Assembly (NCBI GenBank): GCA_030390025.1
Contig: CM059432.1
Span: 35,280,001-35,344,000, forward strand
DNA from: Squalus acanthias
Taxonomy: Eukaryota
Direction of reading: 5' to 3'
DNA length: 64,000 nt
The notes beneath the pieces are model-generated. The model worked only from the letters and a program-made list of their open reading frames with translations. It made no database searches and had not been told where the DNA came from. Below are positions 27,598 to 39,289 of this stretch, one piece after another. Made by a program: the position numbers and the translations under genes. How positions within the stretch are numbered: the first letter of the stretch is position 1; the number at the start of each line of letters is the position of its first letter.

Positions 27598-30548
27598 TAC
27601 ATAGATACATAGATACATAGAAGATAGGAGCAGGAGTAGGCCATCCGGCCCTTCGAGCCTGCTCCGCCATTTAATGAGATCATGGCTGATCCTCCAATTC
27701 AGTATCCCGTCCCCGCCTTCTCTCCGTAACCCTTAACCCCTTTTGCCTGTAGAAATATATCTAATTCCCTCTTAAATATATTTAATGAGCTGGCGTACAC
27801 TGCCCTCTGTGGCAATGAGTTCCACAGGTTCACCACCCTCTGAGTGAAGAAATTCCCCCTCATTTCTGTTCTAAATGGTTTAGCCCTTATCCTTAAATTA
27901 TGTCCTCTAGTTCTGTTCTCACCCGCCAAGGGAAACATTCCTTCTGCATCTAGTCTGTCTAGACCTGTCAGAATTTTATACACTTCTATGAGGTCCCCTC
28001 TCAATCTTCTAAACTCCAGTGTGTACATCCCTAAACTACATAGTCTCTGCTCATAGGTCAATCCCGCCATTCCTGGTATCAGCCTGGTGAATCGCCGCTG
28101 CACCCCCTCCATGGCAAGAACATCTTTCCTCAGATGAGGCGACCAAAACTGTACACAGTACTCGAGGTGTGGTCTCACCAGTGCCCTGTACAGCTGCAGC
28201 AAGGTATCCCTGTTCCTGTATTCCAACCCTTTTGCTATGAAGGCCAGCATACCGTTTGCCTTCTTGACCGCCTGTTGCACCTGCATGCTCGCCTTCAGTG
28301 ACTGGTGTACAAGAACACCCAGGTCTCTCTGTACTTCCCCCTCTCCCAATTTATTGCCATTTAAATAATAATTTGCCCTCCCGTTCCTGCACCCAAGGTG
28401 GATAACTTCGCACTTGTCCACATTATAGTGCATCTGCCATTTATCCACCCAATCACCCAGTCTGTCCAAATCGCTCTGGAGCTTCCTGGTCTCCTCCTCT
28501 GAGCCCACCCCCCCCTCCTAGTTTAGTGTCGTCTGCAAATTTGGAAATGCTGCATCCGACTCCCTGATCCAGGTCATTAATGTAAATTGTGAACAGCTGG
28601 GGACCCAGGACAGATCCCTGCGGTACCCCACTTGTTACTGCCTGCCATTCAGAAAATGAGCCGTTTATTCCAACTCTCTGTTTTCTATCTGACAGCCAGT
28701 TCTCTATCCACGTCAATACTTTCCCCTTTATCCCATGAGCTTCAATTTTCCATGCTAATCTTTTATGTGGGACCTTGTCGAAGGCCTTTTGGAAGTCCAG
28801 GTACACCACATCTACTGGCTCTCCCCCATCTATTTTACCAGTTACTCCCTCAAAAAATTCCAATAGATTAGTCAAGCACGATTTACCCTTTGTAAATCCA
28901 TGTTGACTCTGTCCTATCCTGTCCCCATTTGCTAAGTGCTCCGCTATTTCATCCTTAATGATGGACTCCAGCATTTTGCCCACAACTGATGTAAGGCTGA
29001 CAGTCTGTAATTACCTGCTTTTTCCCTACCCCCCTTTTTGAATAGTGGGGTAACGTTAGCTACCCTCCAATCCATGGGCACTGTTCCCGAGTCTAATAAA
29101 TTCTGAAAAATCATACTTAGTGCATCCGCTATCTCTAGGGCCACCTCCTTCAGTACCCTAGGATGCATGTTATCAGGCCCTGGGGATTTGTCCGCCTTCA
29201 ATCCCTTTAGCTTCCTTAACACCATATCCTTAGAGATATTGAGTTGCGTCAGTTCCTCCTTTGCCAATGTCCCTATTTTTCCCGATATCCCAGGGAGGTT
29301 TTTTGTGTCTTCCTTCGTAAAGACTGACCCAAAGTATGCATTTAGTTGGTCTGCCATTTCCTTATTTCCCGTTATATATTCCCCCGTATCTGACTGCAAT
29401 GGACCAACTTTGGTTTTCACCAGTCTTTTCCTCTTGATATACTTATAAAAGCTTTTGGAGTTAGTTTTTATATTTTCCGCCAGCTTGCTTTCGTAAGCTA
29501 TTTTGCCCCTCTTGATTAAGCCCTTTGTCCTCCTTTGCTCTATCTTAAACTGTTCCCAATCTTCCGCTCTGGCGCTTTTTTTGGCTATTTTATACGCCTT
29601 CTCTTTGGATTTTATGCTGTCTCTAATTTCCCCTGTTATCCACGGTTGAGTCACCTTTTTAGATTTCCTTTTATGCCAGATTGGTATAAACAATTTTTGC
29701 AGTTTTGTCATTCTATCTTTAAATGCTTGCCATTGTTTATCTACCTCCAGTCCTCCCAGGAACGTTGTCCAATCAGACCTATTCAGTTCCCGTCTAATGG
29801 CATCATAATTCCCCTTGTTTAAATTCAGGACCTTAGTCTCTGAGTCAATTTCTTCGCTCTCCATTTCGAGTGAGAAATCGATCATGTTATGATCGCTCTG
29901 ACCCAAGGGTCCCCGTACAACAAGATTACTAATTAGTCCCTTCTCATTGCACAGTACCCAGTCCAATATAGCCTGTTCCCGAGTTGGTTCCTCGACATAT
30001 TGATCCAGATAACCATCCCTTAAACACTCAAGGAATTCCTCCTCCTCATTATTTTTACTGATTAGGCTAGTCCAATCTATATGTAAGTTAAAGTCACCTA
30101 TGATGACAGCTGTGCTCTTATTGCACGCTTCTCTAATTTCCCTCGTGATGCCCTCCCCAACCTCTATTTTACTATTTGGAGGCCTATATACCACTCCTAT
30201 TAATGTTTTTCGCCCCTCGCTATTTCTTAGCTCCACCCATATAGATTCTGTATTAACTGAGTTAATATCCTTCCTTTCAATTGCATTTATCCCCTCTTTT
30301 ACCAGCAATGCTACCCCTCCTCCCTTTCTTTTTTGTCGATCCTTCCTAAATACTGAATACCCCTGTATGTTAAGCTCCCAGCCCTGCTCACCCTGCAACC
30401 ATGTTTCCGTAATCCCAATTAGATCATAATTATTAACCTCTATTTCCACAGCTAATTCATCTACCTTGTTCCTGATGCTTCTCGCATTAAGGTATAAAAC
30501 CCTCAGGCTTTTTTTATGCTCACATTTTTTATGAATTAGTTTGGCCCT
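27598..30548 (-). mobile_element. Young CR1 LINE; ORF2 almost intact (two frameshifts); inserted in a Deu-SINE
   Basis: Overlapping ORFs 28944-30605, 28453-28983 and 27699-28508 cover APE to C-terminus ([33 protein letters not shown]). (atacatag)n octamer tail at 27598-27620. Confidence 0.93.
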
Positions 30549-30659
30549 TGACTTGAGCACATAAAGCAGGCAGACACTTAATGCAGTACTGAGGGAGTGC
30601 TGCACTGTCGGAGGTGCTGTCTTTTGACTCTCTTAACTGCCAATTAGGATGACTATGTC

Positions 30660-30915
30660 ATCAATCAAAATCAATTTAGCAAAAGCACCCCATTTTTAAA
30701 GGGGCACAAAAATAAACTAAAATTATAAGAAAAACAAAGGAAACTTATCAAATTATAATATTGTTTTCTGTATCCACTATGCACTCCAGACCCTCCGGTC
30801 ACAAAAGGCCTCAAGTGTACCGGCAGACATTGCGTGCTCCTTCTCCAGGGCCACCCAGGCACGGACATAACCATCGAAGAAAGGCAGGCAGTCGGAGCAT
30901 TCAACATGGCTGGTG
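30660..30915 (-). mobile_element. Tx1/L1-type LINE 3' end fragment
   Basis: Peptide DCLPFFDGYVRAWVALEKEHAMSAGTLEAFCDR resembles the recalled C-terminus of vertebrate Tx1 ORF2, followed by a T-rich 3' UTR. Confidence 0.55.
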
Positions 30916-31060
30916 CTCTGATGGGGAAAATAATTCCTTCTTCGGAATCCTTCAATCCCCCCCCAACCACCCACCATCCGATCTGTTTTCAGATTTGCAC
31001 ATCTTTCAACCCCTAAAAATCCAGTAGATTGTCTTTTTAAAATTCTTAAATCTAGATGAG

Positions 31061-31460
31061 GTGCCCAGGCCTATGGTGAGGGACACCATCTCAAGGTGAA
31101 GGGCCCAGGCCCATGGTGAGGGTCACCATCCCAGGGTGAAGGGCCCAGGCCCATGGTGAGGGACACCATCCCAGGGTGAAAGGCCCAGGCCCATGGTGAG
31201 GGACACCATCCCAGGGTGAAGGGCCCAGGCCCATGGTGAGGGACACCATCCCAGGGTGAAGGGCCCAGGCCCATGGTGAGGGACACCATCCCAGGGTGAA
31301 GGGCCCAGGCCCATGGTGAGGGACACCATCCCAGGGTGAAGGGCCCAGGCCCATGGTGAGGGACACCATCCCAGGGTGAAGAGCCCAGGCCCATGGTGAG
31401 GGACACCATCCCAGGGTGAAGGGCCCATGGTGAGAGACACCATCCCAGGGTGAAGGACCC
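31061..31460. repeat. 40-bp minisatellite, ~10 near-identical units, with degenerate units to ~31655
   Basis: Unit gggcccaggcccatggtgagggacaccatcccagggtgaa, starting at 31061, 31101 ... 31421. Confidence 0.95.
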
Positions 31461-32294
31461 AGACAGACTCTTAGGGAATCACCCAAAGCTGAAGGTATCG
31501 GATCCATGGTGAGGGACACCATTTAATGATGAAGGGCCCAAACTCACAACTAGCAACACCATCCCAGGGTGAAGGGCCTGGGCCCACGGTGAGGGACACC
31601 ACCCAAGAGTGAAGGGTGAAGACCAACTGAGAGGGACACCACCCAATGGTGAAAATAATAAGATAAAGGACGAAGTAAATCAGGATTACAGTGAGGAGCA
31701 GAGTTAAGAGAATCACCAGTTCAACTTTCCCCCGATGATACTAACCAGCTGCAGATACCGGTCTGTCTGCATCGGCACTTAGTCTACGGGAGGAGACAGC
31801 AGCGATCGATAAAAGCCAACAACTCATTTTCGTTATAAAACAAAGGATGAGCGGTGATCTGACACTGGTGTGTGAGCAGGAATCTGCCTAACAACCCACT
31901 CGAAGAATTGATTTTAAAACTGCCCGCAAGCTCATCGACAGCTCGAGTGTGTCTCGCAGCATTTGTTTGTGCCCCAATCTCATTAAAAAGCAGTTGGCCA
32001 CCTCTCAGGGATTTAATTAGCTCTCCGTGCTCTTGTCCAAAGAACATTCTGGAACATTCACTATAACAACGAGAACTCCCGGATCAAGCCACAACGGCTT
32101 TAGACCTTTTCGCTCGCCTGCATTTCCATGGGAACAAACGAAAGCCAGGAGCAGAAGGAAGAGCAGTGGAAGCTCCACTGGAACGAGATTGGAGATACTG
32201 CACGGCAGAGGTTTTTGGCGCAGTCATCGGTCTTCCAGTCAATGCAATATTCAGTCAGGGCACAGTTCAGGACAACAAAATGTAAAATAAGCAT

Positions 32295-32587
32295 TTCACA
32301 GAATCCCCACAGTGCCCATCGAGCCTGCACCGACACATATCCCACCCTATCCCCGTAACCACACGTATTTAATCCCCCTAACACTAAGGGTCAATTTTAT
32401 CATAGCCAAATCAACCTAACCCGCACATCTTTGGACTGTGGGAGGAAACCGCAGCACCCGGAGGAAACCCACGCAGACACGGGGAGAATGTGCAAACTCC
32501 ACACAGACAGTCACCCGAGGCCGGATTCGAACCCGGGTCCCTGGCGCTGTGTTGCAACAGTGCTAACCACTATGCCACCGTGTTGCC
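32295..32587 (-). mobile_element. HE1 / V-SINE (tRNA-derived)
   Basis: Reverse complement ggcaacacggtggcatagtggttagcactg...gggttcgaatccgg...ctgtgtggagtttgcacattctccccgtgtctgcgtgggtttcctccgggtgct (V-domain), with a CR1-like tail. Confidence 0.85.
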
Positions 32588-33065
32588 ATTTAGAATATTT
32601 CCACTCTTGATTCCTAACCAGTGATTTTTACCTGGTGTGTACTGTACATGTACAGGAGCTCATAGTTAGACACACATGAGCCGTACAGTACCAGACGGGA
32701 GTGAATCGTTCCTTTTACCCGCTGTGTACTGTAAATGTACAGGAGCTGACACTGAGACACACACTGGACAGGAGTCACTTTGCTTTCCTCCAGTGTGTAA
32801 TCAAAGCTTTGCATCTACAGAAGCCTCAGAGGTGAAGTAGAAACCTTTCTATTGATTAAGTGAAGAGCATTAAGCTTCCCTGCTGCACTCAGACATGAAA
32901 AGCTTTTAACCCAATTACTGACACTGCCTTCATGTGCTGATCTCACTGCTATTCCTGTCCACGATTACTGAAGGCACAGAAATCATCCTGAGGCAAAAGA
33001 CGGCTTCTCTCAATGGGAGGCAGATTTTTTCCATAGAATCATGGAGTCTTACAGCACAGAAGGAA

Positions 33066-33532
33066 AAGAAAGAAAGACTTGCATTTACATAACGCCTTTC
33101 ACCACCTCAGGACATCCCAAACGCTTTACAGCCAATGAAGTATTTTTGAAGCATAGTCACTGTTGTAATGTAGGAAACGCAGCAACCAGTTTGCGCACAG
33201 CAAGCTCCCACAAACAGCAATGTGGTAATGACCAGATAATCTGTTTTAGTGATGTTGATTGAGGGATAAATATTGGCCAGGACACTGGAGATAACTCCCC
33301 TGCTCTTCTTCGAAATAGTGCTATGTGTTCTTTTATGTCCACCTGAGAGAGCAGACGGAACTTCGGTTTAACGTCTCATCCAAAAGATGGCATCTCTGAC
33401 AGAGTAGCGCTCCCTCAGCATTGCACTGAAGTGTCAGCCTAGATTTTTGTGCTCAAGTCTCTGGAGTGGGACTTGAACCCACAACCTTCTGACTCAGTGG
33501 CAAGAGTGCTACCAACTGAGCCACAGCTGACA
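33066..33532 (-). mobile_element. Deu-domain tRNA SINE (SacSINE1/AmnSINE-like) with L2-type tail, full length
   Basis: Head tggctcagttggtagcac...gggttcaagtccc; body gatgagacgttaaaccga...ctcaggtggac; tail aaaggcgttatgtaaatgcaagtctttc. Confidence 0.75.
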
Positions 33533-33534
33533 CC

Positions 33535-34085
33535 ATTCAGCCCATCGAGCCTGTGCCGGTTCTTTGAAAGAGCTATCCACTTAGTCCCACTCCCTGCTCT
33601 TTCCCCATAGTGCAAATTTTTCCTTTTCAAGTATTTATCCAATTCGCTTTTGAAAGAGTATATTCAAGGCTGAGAGAGATAGATTTTTGGACTCTAGGGG
33701 AATCAAGGGATATGGAGATCGCGCAGTAAAATGGAGTTGAGGTGGATGATCAGCCATGATCTTATTGAATGGCGGAGCAGGCTCGAGGGGCCGTATGGCC
33801 TACTCCTGCTCCTACTTCTTATGTTCTTATTGAATCTGCTTCCACCACCCTTTCAGGCAGTGCGTTCCAGATCATAACAACTCGCTGTGTAAAAAAATTC
33901 TCATCTCCCCTCTGGTACTTTTGCCAAGCATCTTAAATCTGTGTCCTCTGGTTACCGACCCCCCTGCCAGTGGAAACAGTTTCTTCTTATTTACTCTATC
34001 AAAACCCTTCATAATTTTTAACACCTCTATTATATCTCCTCTGCTCTGAGGAGATCAATCCCAGCATCTCTAGTCTCTCCACAAG
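33535..34085. mobile_element. CR1 3' fragment (-) with an inserted CR1 3' end (+, ~33655-33830)
   Basis: CR1 UTR motifs gatcagccatgatcttattgaatggcggagcaggctcgaggggcc and tail ttcttatgttcttat. Confidence 0.75.
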
Positions 34086-34626
34086 AGCAATTTTTTTGGG
34101 AGGTCCTGGTAGATGGAACATCAAATATTATAAGTCAGATGCAGGTGTGTATTGGTGAGTTCTGAAATTGTTTATAGAGCCACATAAGTTAGGTGTGTTC
34201 TATTGCTCTAATCCTCTCCTGTGGTGTAATGGGATGACCTCTGGAAATGTCTTTGGTGCCGCTATGTCATGGCAGCAACATCCAAAGCAGCAGTTGGAAG
34301 TCTGCCTTGGAGGGAACTGGTTAGAGGGCAGCACTGCTGAGTGACTAGGAAGGCCCCAGGTCAATACCAGACCCATGTTGAGTTCATTGATCTCAAGCAG
34401 GGCAGCAGTAGGGGCTCAGCATTTGAGGCTATTTCCGTCGTGGTGCATCAGGCCAGTGACATGAAGCAGGTTATGTGGCCCCAGTCTGTATTCCTCATTT
34501 CCTGGAGCTCTCTTTACTCCTGACAGAAATTTCACTTCGCAAGTTTCAGCTGGCAGACTAGCTCATCCATTCGGAAGAAGCCTCGCTTCCCCCATCACTG
34601 CATTCAACTGTGATTTCAAAGTTTTA

Positions 34627-35322
34627 GGGGTAAAAATTGGGGGCGCTACCTTCGCCGGAGCGCTAATTTTAGTGCCCCGAAAAAGTTAGCGCCGCCGCGG
34701 CCGATTTTCCCAGGTAGCGCCCTGTGTCCCTCTTCAGGCGCTGCGAGCCAATATCGTGGCGCTGCGGCACGTCGCGCCGCGGTACTGCAGGCCTTCCTCC
34801 CCTTATTAAAGGGGAGGGGCCTGGCACAGCGCGTCCCGGCGCCCAGCTGGGCCACCAGGGATCGGGAGTGCCAGCAAACGAGCCCGGCACTCAAGAGTAG
34901 TGCCGGGCTCACGGCGAGCAGCCGGCACCCCGCGGGGGGGGCTTCACAGGGGCCGGGGACAGCAACGGGGGCAGGTGCTGGCAGGCAGGCCAGCAAAAAA
35001 AATGGCCGCCCGGCACCTCCCCTTTAACTAGCGCCGCCTCGGCCGCAGTTAGGCCCCCCCCCCCCTGACCCCGGCGGACATAACATCCAGCGGTAAGTCA
35101 GGGCACCACCCAATATTACAGCCAGGGCGCTGCGCACGGCGATGACGTCATCGCCGGCAGCTCAGCGCCGCGCGGCGCTAACGGCCAGCGCCGCTGCTAA
35201 CCTCCCGCTGAATTTTGCGGGAGGCGTTAGCGGCGCCGTGCCCAGGCGCTAGTTGATTTGCGCCCCGTTAGCATCCTCTTAGGGCGCTAACGGGAGGTGC
35301 AAATCAACCGAATTTAGCCCTC
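34627..35322. mobile_element. GC/CpG-rich PIF/Harbinger-type MITE
   Basis: Imperfect 12-bp TIRs ggggtaaaaatt / aatttagccctc, flanked by TTA...TTA (34624-34626, 35323-35325). Its right end matches the left end of the 50630 element in reverse orientation. Confidence 0.75.
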
Positions 35323-36143
35323 TTAGTTTCCAATATCTTTCTTGGTAGAGAATTGCTAAGTCATTTAACATATTAAATTCATTGCCCTTCGCTGCTCCAC
35401 ATTACTACCAAATATTCCCTGTGGTCTCCCTCGGATTATTTTAAGACTTTTTTTAATGCCGATTTCATAGTTAACTCCTCGTCAGCTTATTTATAAATAA
35501 ACTACAAAACAAGCGTATTCTGGCTATTTCTTTTATTCTTTCTGCTGTCAGCTAGCAACAAGCTCCCACGACATTGCCTCAAAGCCATCCTAAGTAAGCA
35601 TTTTGATCGCTGTTCTATTTGAGGTCCTACCTAATCATCCTATTCAACAGTCTAAATGGATTGTGTATCTCTGGGAGTTAATACTTTGTAAGCTGAACCT
35701 GACCTTATATCAATAACACAACATAACAAAGCAAAAAAACTAAAATTCATCTCAGGCCAAATAGGTAAAAATTCCAAAATGTTACACGTCCCAGAATTTT
35801 CAGTTGCTCTTCTCAAAGACCAGGCTGCCTGAATTAAAACCTCATCCACTGGGTTAGTGATGCCACGCTGGGGTTTAAAAGCCTTAAGATTGTAGGGGGA
35901 ATGGCAATCCAAGAAGGATAGACATATTTTTCACATGTATGTAATACCCTGCATCTCCAGTAGCAGCTAGGACCCTGGACCTGTCATGTCAAGGAAGACT
36001 AGCAGCTGTAGGACAAATAACGGAGGAGATAAGGTTAGATATTCTGGCGCTCTCCCTCCCGATGGGGTAGTGAGTAAATACACCGTCTGTTGTGACACTA
36101 AGCAGTGTGGACTGGAAGGCCCTGGGTTCTATTCCTGGTCTGG

Positions 36144-37091
36144 TCACCACCATGTCTCTCGACCCCTCCACTGTCTAAATTGCCAGACTGCTTGTCCGAC
36201 ATCCAGTACTGGATGAACAGAAATTTCCTTCAATTAAATATGGGAAGACCAAAGCCATTGTCTTTGGTCCCCGCCACAAATTCCATTCCCTAGCCACCGA
36301 CTCCATCCCTCTCCCTATCATCTGTCTGAGGCTGAACCAGACTGTTCGCAACATCGGTGTCATATTTGACCCTGAAATGAGCTTCCGACCACATATCCAC
36401 GCCATAACTAAGACCTCCTATTTCCACCTACGTAACATCGCCCGTCTCCGCCCTTGCCTCAGCTCATCTGCTGCTAAAACCCTCATCCATGCCTTTGTTA
36501 CCTCTAGACTTGACTATTCCAACACACGCCTGGCTGGACTCCCACATTCTACCCTCTGTAAACTTGAGGTCATCCAAAACTCGGCTGCCCATGTCCTAAC
36601 TCGCACCAAGTCCCGTTCACCAATCACCCCCGTGCTCGCTGACCTACATTGGCTCCTGGTTAAGCAACGCCTCGATTTTAAAATTCTCATCTTGTTTTCA
36701 AATCCCTCCATGGCCTTACCCCTCCCAATCTCCTCCAGCCCAACAATGCCCCCCCCCCCCCCCACACCCTGAGATACCTGCGCTTCTCTAATTCTGCCCT
36801 CTTGAGCATCCCTGATTTTAATCGCTCGACCATTGGTGGCCGTGCCTTCAGCTGCCTCGGCCCTAAGCTTTGGAATTCCCTGCCTAAACCTCTCCGCCTC
36901 ACTACCTCTTTTTCCTCCTTTAAGACGCTCCTTAAAACCTACCTCTTTGACTTTGACTAACTTTTGGTCACCTGCCATAATTTCTCCTCCTTATGTGGCT
37001 CGGTGTCAAATTTTGTTTTATAATACTCCTGTGAAGCACCTTGGGACGTTTTACTACGTTAAAGGCGCTATATAAATACAAGTTGTTGTTG
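36144..37091 (+). mobile_element. L2 LINE 3' portion
   Basis: ORF 36377-36772 (FHLRNIARLRP, IHAFVTSRLDY, QNSAA, LHWL); tail aaaggcgctatataaatacaagttgttgttg. Confidence 0.9.
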
Positions 37092-37287
37092 GGCTGAGTT
37101 AGCCGATATCAGCCAAGGCACTGGTTGGAGTATGACACTTGGCCTCAGCATCTCTTAGGCAGAGGAGGAAAAAAATCAGCCAGGATTCCTCCTCTTGCTT
37201 ACTATCCAGTCATCCCAACTGGAACTTACTGAATCATAGAATGTTCCAGCACAGAGACAGGGCATTCAGCTTCAGTGCTTTTATCCC

Positions 37288-37472
37288 ACTCTCCTGTTCA
37301 CTCCCCATACACTTTAATATCACACTCCGCCTAATCTCACTCTCCTGTTCACTCCCCATACACTTTAATATCACACTCCGCCTAATCTCACTCTCCTGTT
37401 CACTCCCCATACACTTTAATATCACACTCAGCCTAATCTCACTCTCCTGCTCACTCCCCATATACTTTAATT
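37288..37472. repeat. 51-bp tandem repeat, ~3.6 copies
   Basis: cactctcctgttcactccccatacactttaatatcacactccgcctaatct. Confidence 0.9.
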
Positions 37473-38481
37473 ACACTGTGGGACAGGGAGCCACTGGAGA
37501 TCCATTGAAGACAAGGGAGGCAAAGAGTTAGTAGGGATTGGAGTTTTGGATAAGTTGAAGTTTGTGTTGGGAGTTCAGACGACTGATAAAACAAGAGTTG
37601 AGGAGCAGAGGGACCTTGGTGTAGAGATACAAAGGTGGCAGTGTCAATGATAAAGTATTGAATTGGTGGAAGGCAAATAAGATGTTTTAGTCTTCTCCAT
37701 ATTCAATTGTAGGCACTTCTAGTTCACCCAAGATTTGATGTCTGACAGAACTGAGGTGGTCATGGAGCGGAGGGTGGTGGTGGAGAGGTAGAGCTGGGTG
37801 TCAATCTCACATGAAGAAATTGACCCTATGCCTAAGGTTGATGTTGCCATGGGTCAACAAGTAAAGGAGGAAAAAGAGAGTGCTAAGCATGGGATCTTGG
37901 ATACTCCAGTGGTGGTGAGAAGATAAATCATTTCAGGAGATATGCTGGCTACATTAGAGCAGATGGGAATAGAACCACACAGGGGTGGTCCTGGGAGGAA
38001 ATGAACCATAGAAAAGAGGCTGCTGAGGAGGAACGTATGAACAATGATGGACAGAAAAGACCCTCTAGTCCATCCAGCCTGTCCCACTCAAATGCGCTGT
38101 CTTGTGAATCACAATATATACAGTCCCCGCCCCACCCAAAAGCCATGTGATCTCCTGGAAGAAGCAAAAAACCCAGGACGAAGTATTGAATGAAGCAAAA
38201 AGTCAAGGAAAGCAAGAGGCACCATGGTCACAGAGAATGTCATTGGTAACTCTGGCCAGGGGAGCCTCAGTACTCTGGGCGGGGCTGAAATCAGACTGAA
38301 TGGATTCAACTAGAGAATTGTGGAAGAGATGATTACGGAGCTGGGTGGCCAATAACACATTCAGGAGCCTCAGTGAGGTAAAGTGGAAGACATAAAGAAT
38401 GGCCACTTCAGCGAGGTACCAGAGGCCAGTATCTGCCCATAGAATTGTGCTGCAGCAACAGTCAGTGCTTCCAAGAGAGGA

Positions 38482-38810
38482 GGGGCATGGTAGCCTCGTG
38501 GTTATGGTGCTGGACTAGCAACACAGATAGTTGTGAGTTCTAAATCCCACTACAGCAAGCTGTGAAAATAAATCTGGTAATTTGTGGGCAGGCGCCAGAA
38601 AATGACTGAAATCTGCCAGATTGTTGTAAAAATCTAACTGGTTCACTAATGTCCTTCAGGGAAGAGAACTTGCCACCCCTACCTGGCCTGGTCCTATGTG
38701 TGACTCCAGTTTCACACTACATGGCTGACTCTAAATGCCCTCAAGCAACCTAGGGTGGGCAATAAATATATCCTTGCCAATGTTGCCCACATTTCAAAAG
38801 CAAAAAAAGA
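38482..38810 (+). mobile_element. Another copy of the 5'UTR+3'tail SINE
   Basis: ggcatggtagcctcgtggttatgg...gagttctaaatccc...ctggttcactaatgtccttcagggaag...gcaacctagggtgggcaataaat...gcccacat. Confidence 0.75.
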
Positions 38811-39289
38811 GAAAATTCTCACATTACTTTTGACATGTGAGGCCCTGAAAGGGTCAGAGGCCTGGCAAGAGCCAGCGCCTTCTAGAAGCCATTGCAAAGC
38901 ACTGTCTGAATCGTGTTTGCCGTCATATAATGTATTATCCTGCAATGTATTACCACAGGATTTTAAATCAATCACGTTAAAAAGCTTTTTAGATCCAGTT
39001 ATCTGAAATGGAGATATCCTTACTGTTCTTAATTGGTGTATAAAGCAAGTTAGACATTTGGTCTCCTCTCTCTCTCCACCACTCACTCCTTCCCCCTCCC
39101 CTCACTTTCTGGTTGCTCCTTGTAATTAGCTGGTAAAGTGCGGTTGTACTGTACAAAGCAACATGGATAGAGTTGCAAAGGTTGGTGTTGTACTGCCACA
39201 CCATCCTCTCCAATTGTTTTTTTTGAGATTCTGTGGCTGTTTCTGGACCCAAGGCAAGTGCAGACTGTCAGTCTACCTTATTGGTTTTC

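Noticed and set aside
30549..30605. N-terminal extension of the 553-aa CR1 ORF
   Set aside because: Comes from the antisense strand of the host Deu-SINE.
31061..31460. CRISPR-like array of palindromic repeats, or a repeat protein
   Set aside because: Units are head-to-tail with no unique spacers, there are no cas genes and the context is eukaryotic; the ORFs are by-products of a 40-bp period.
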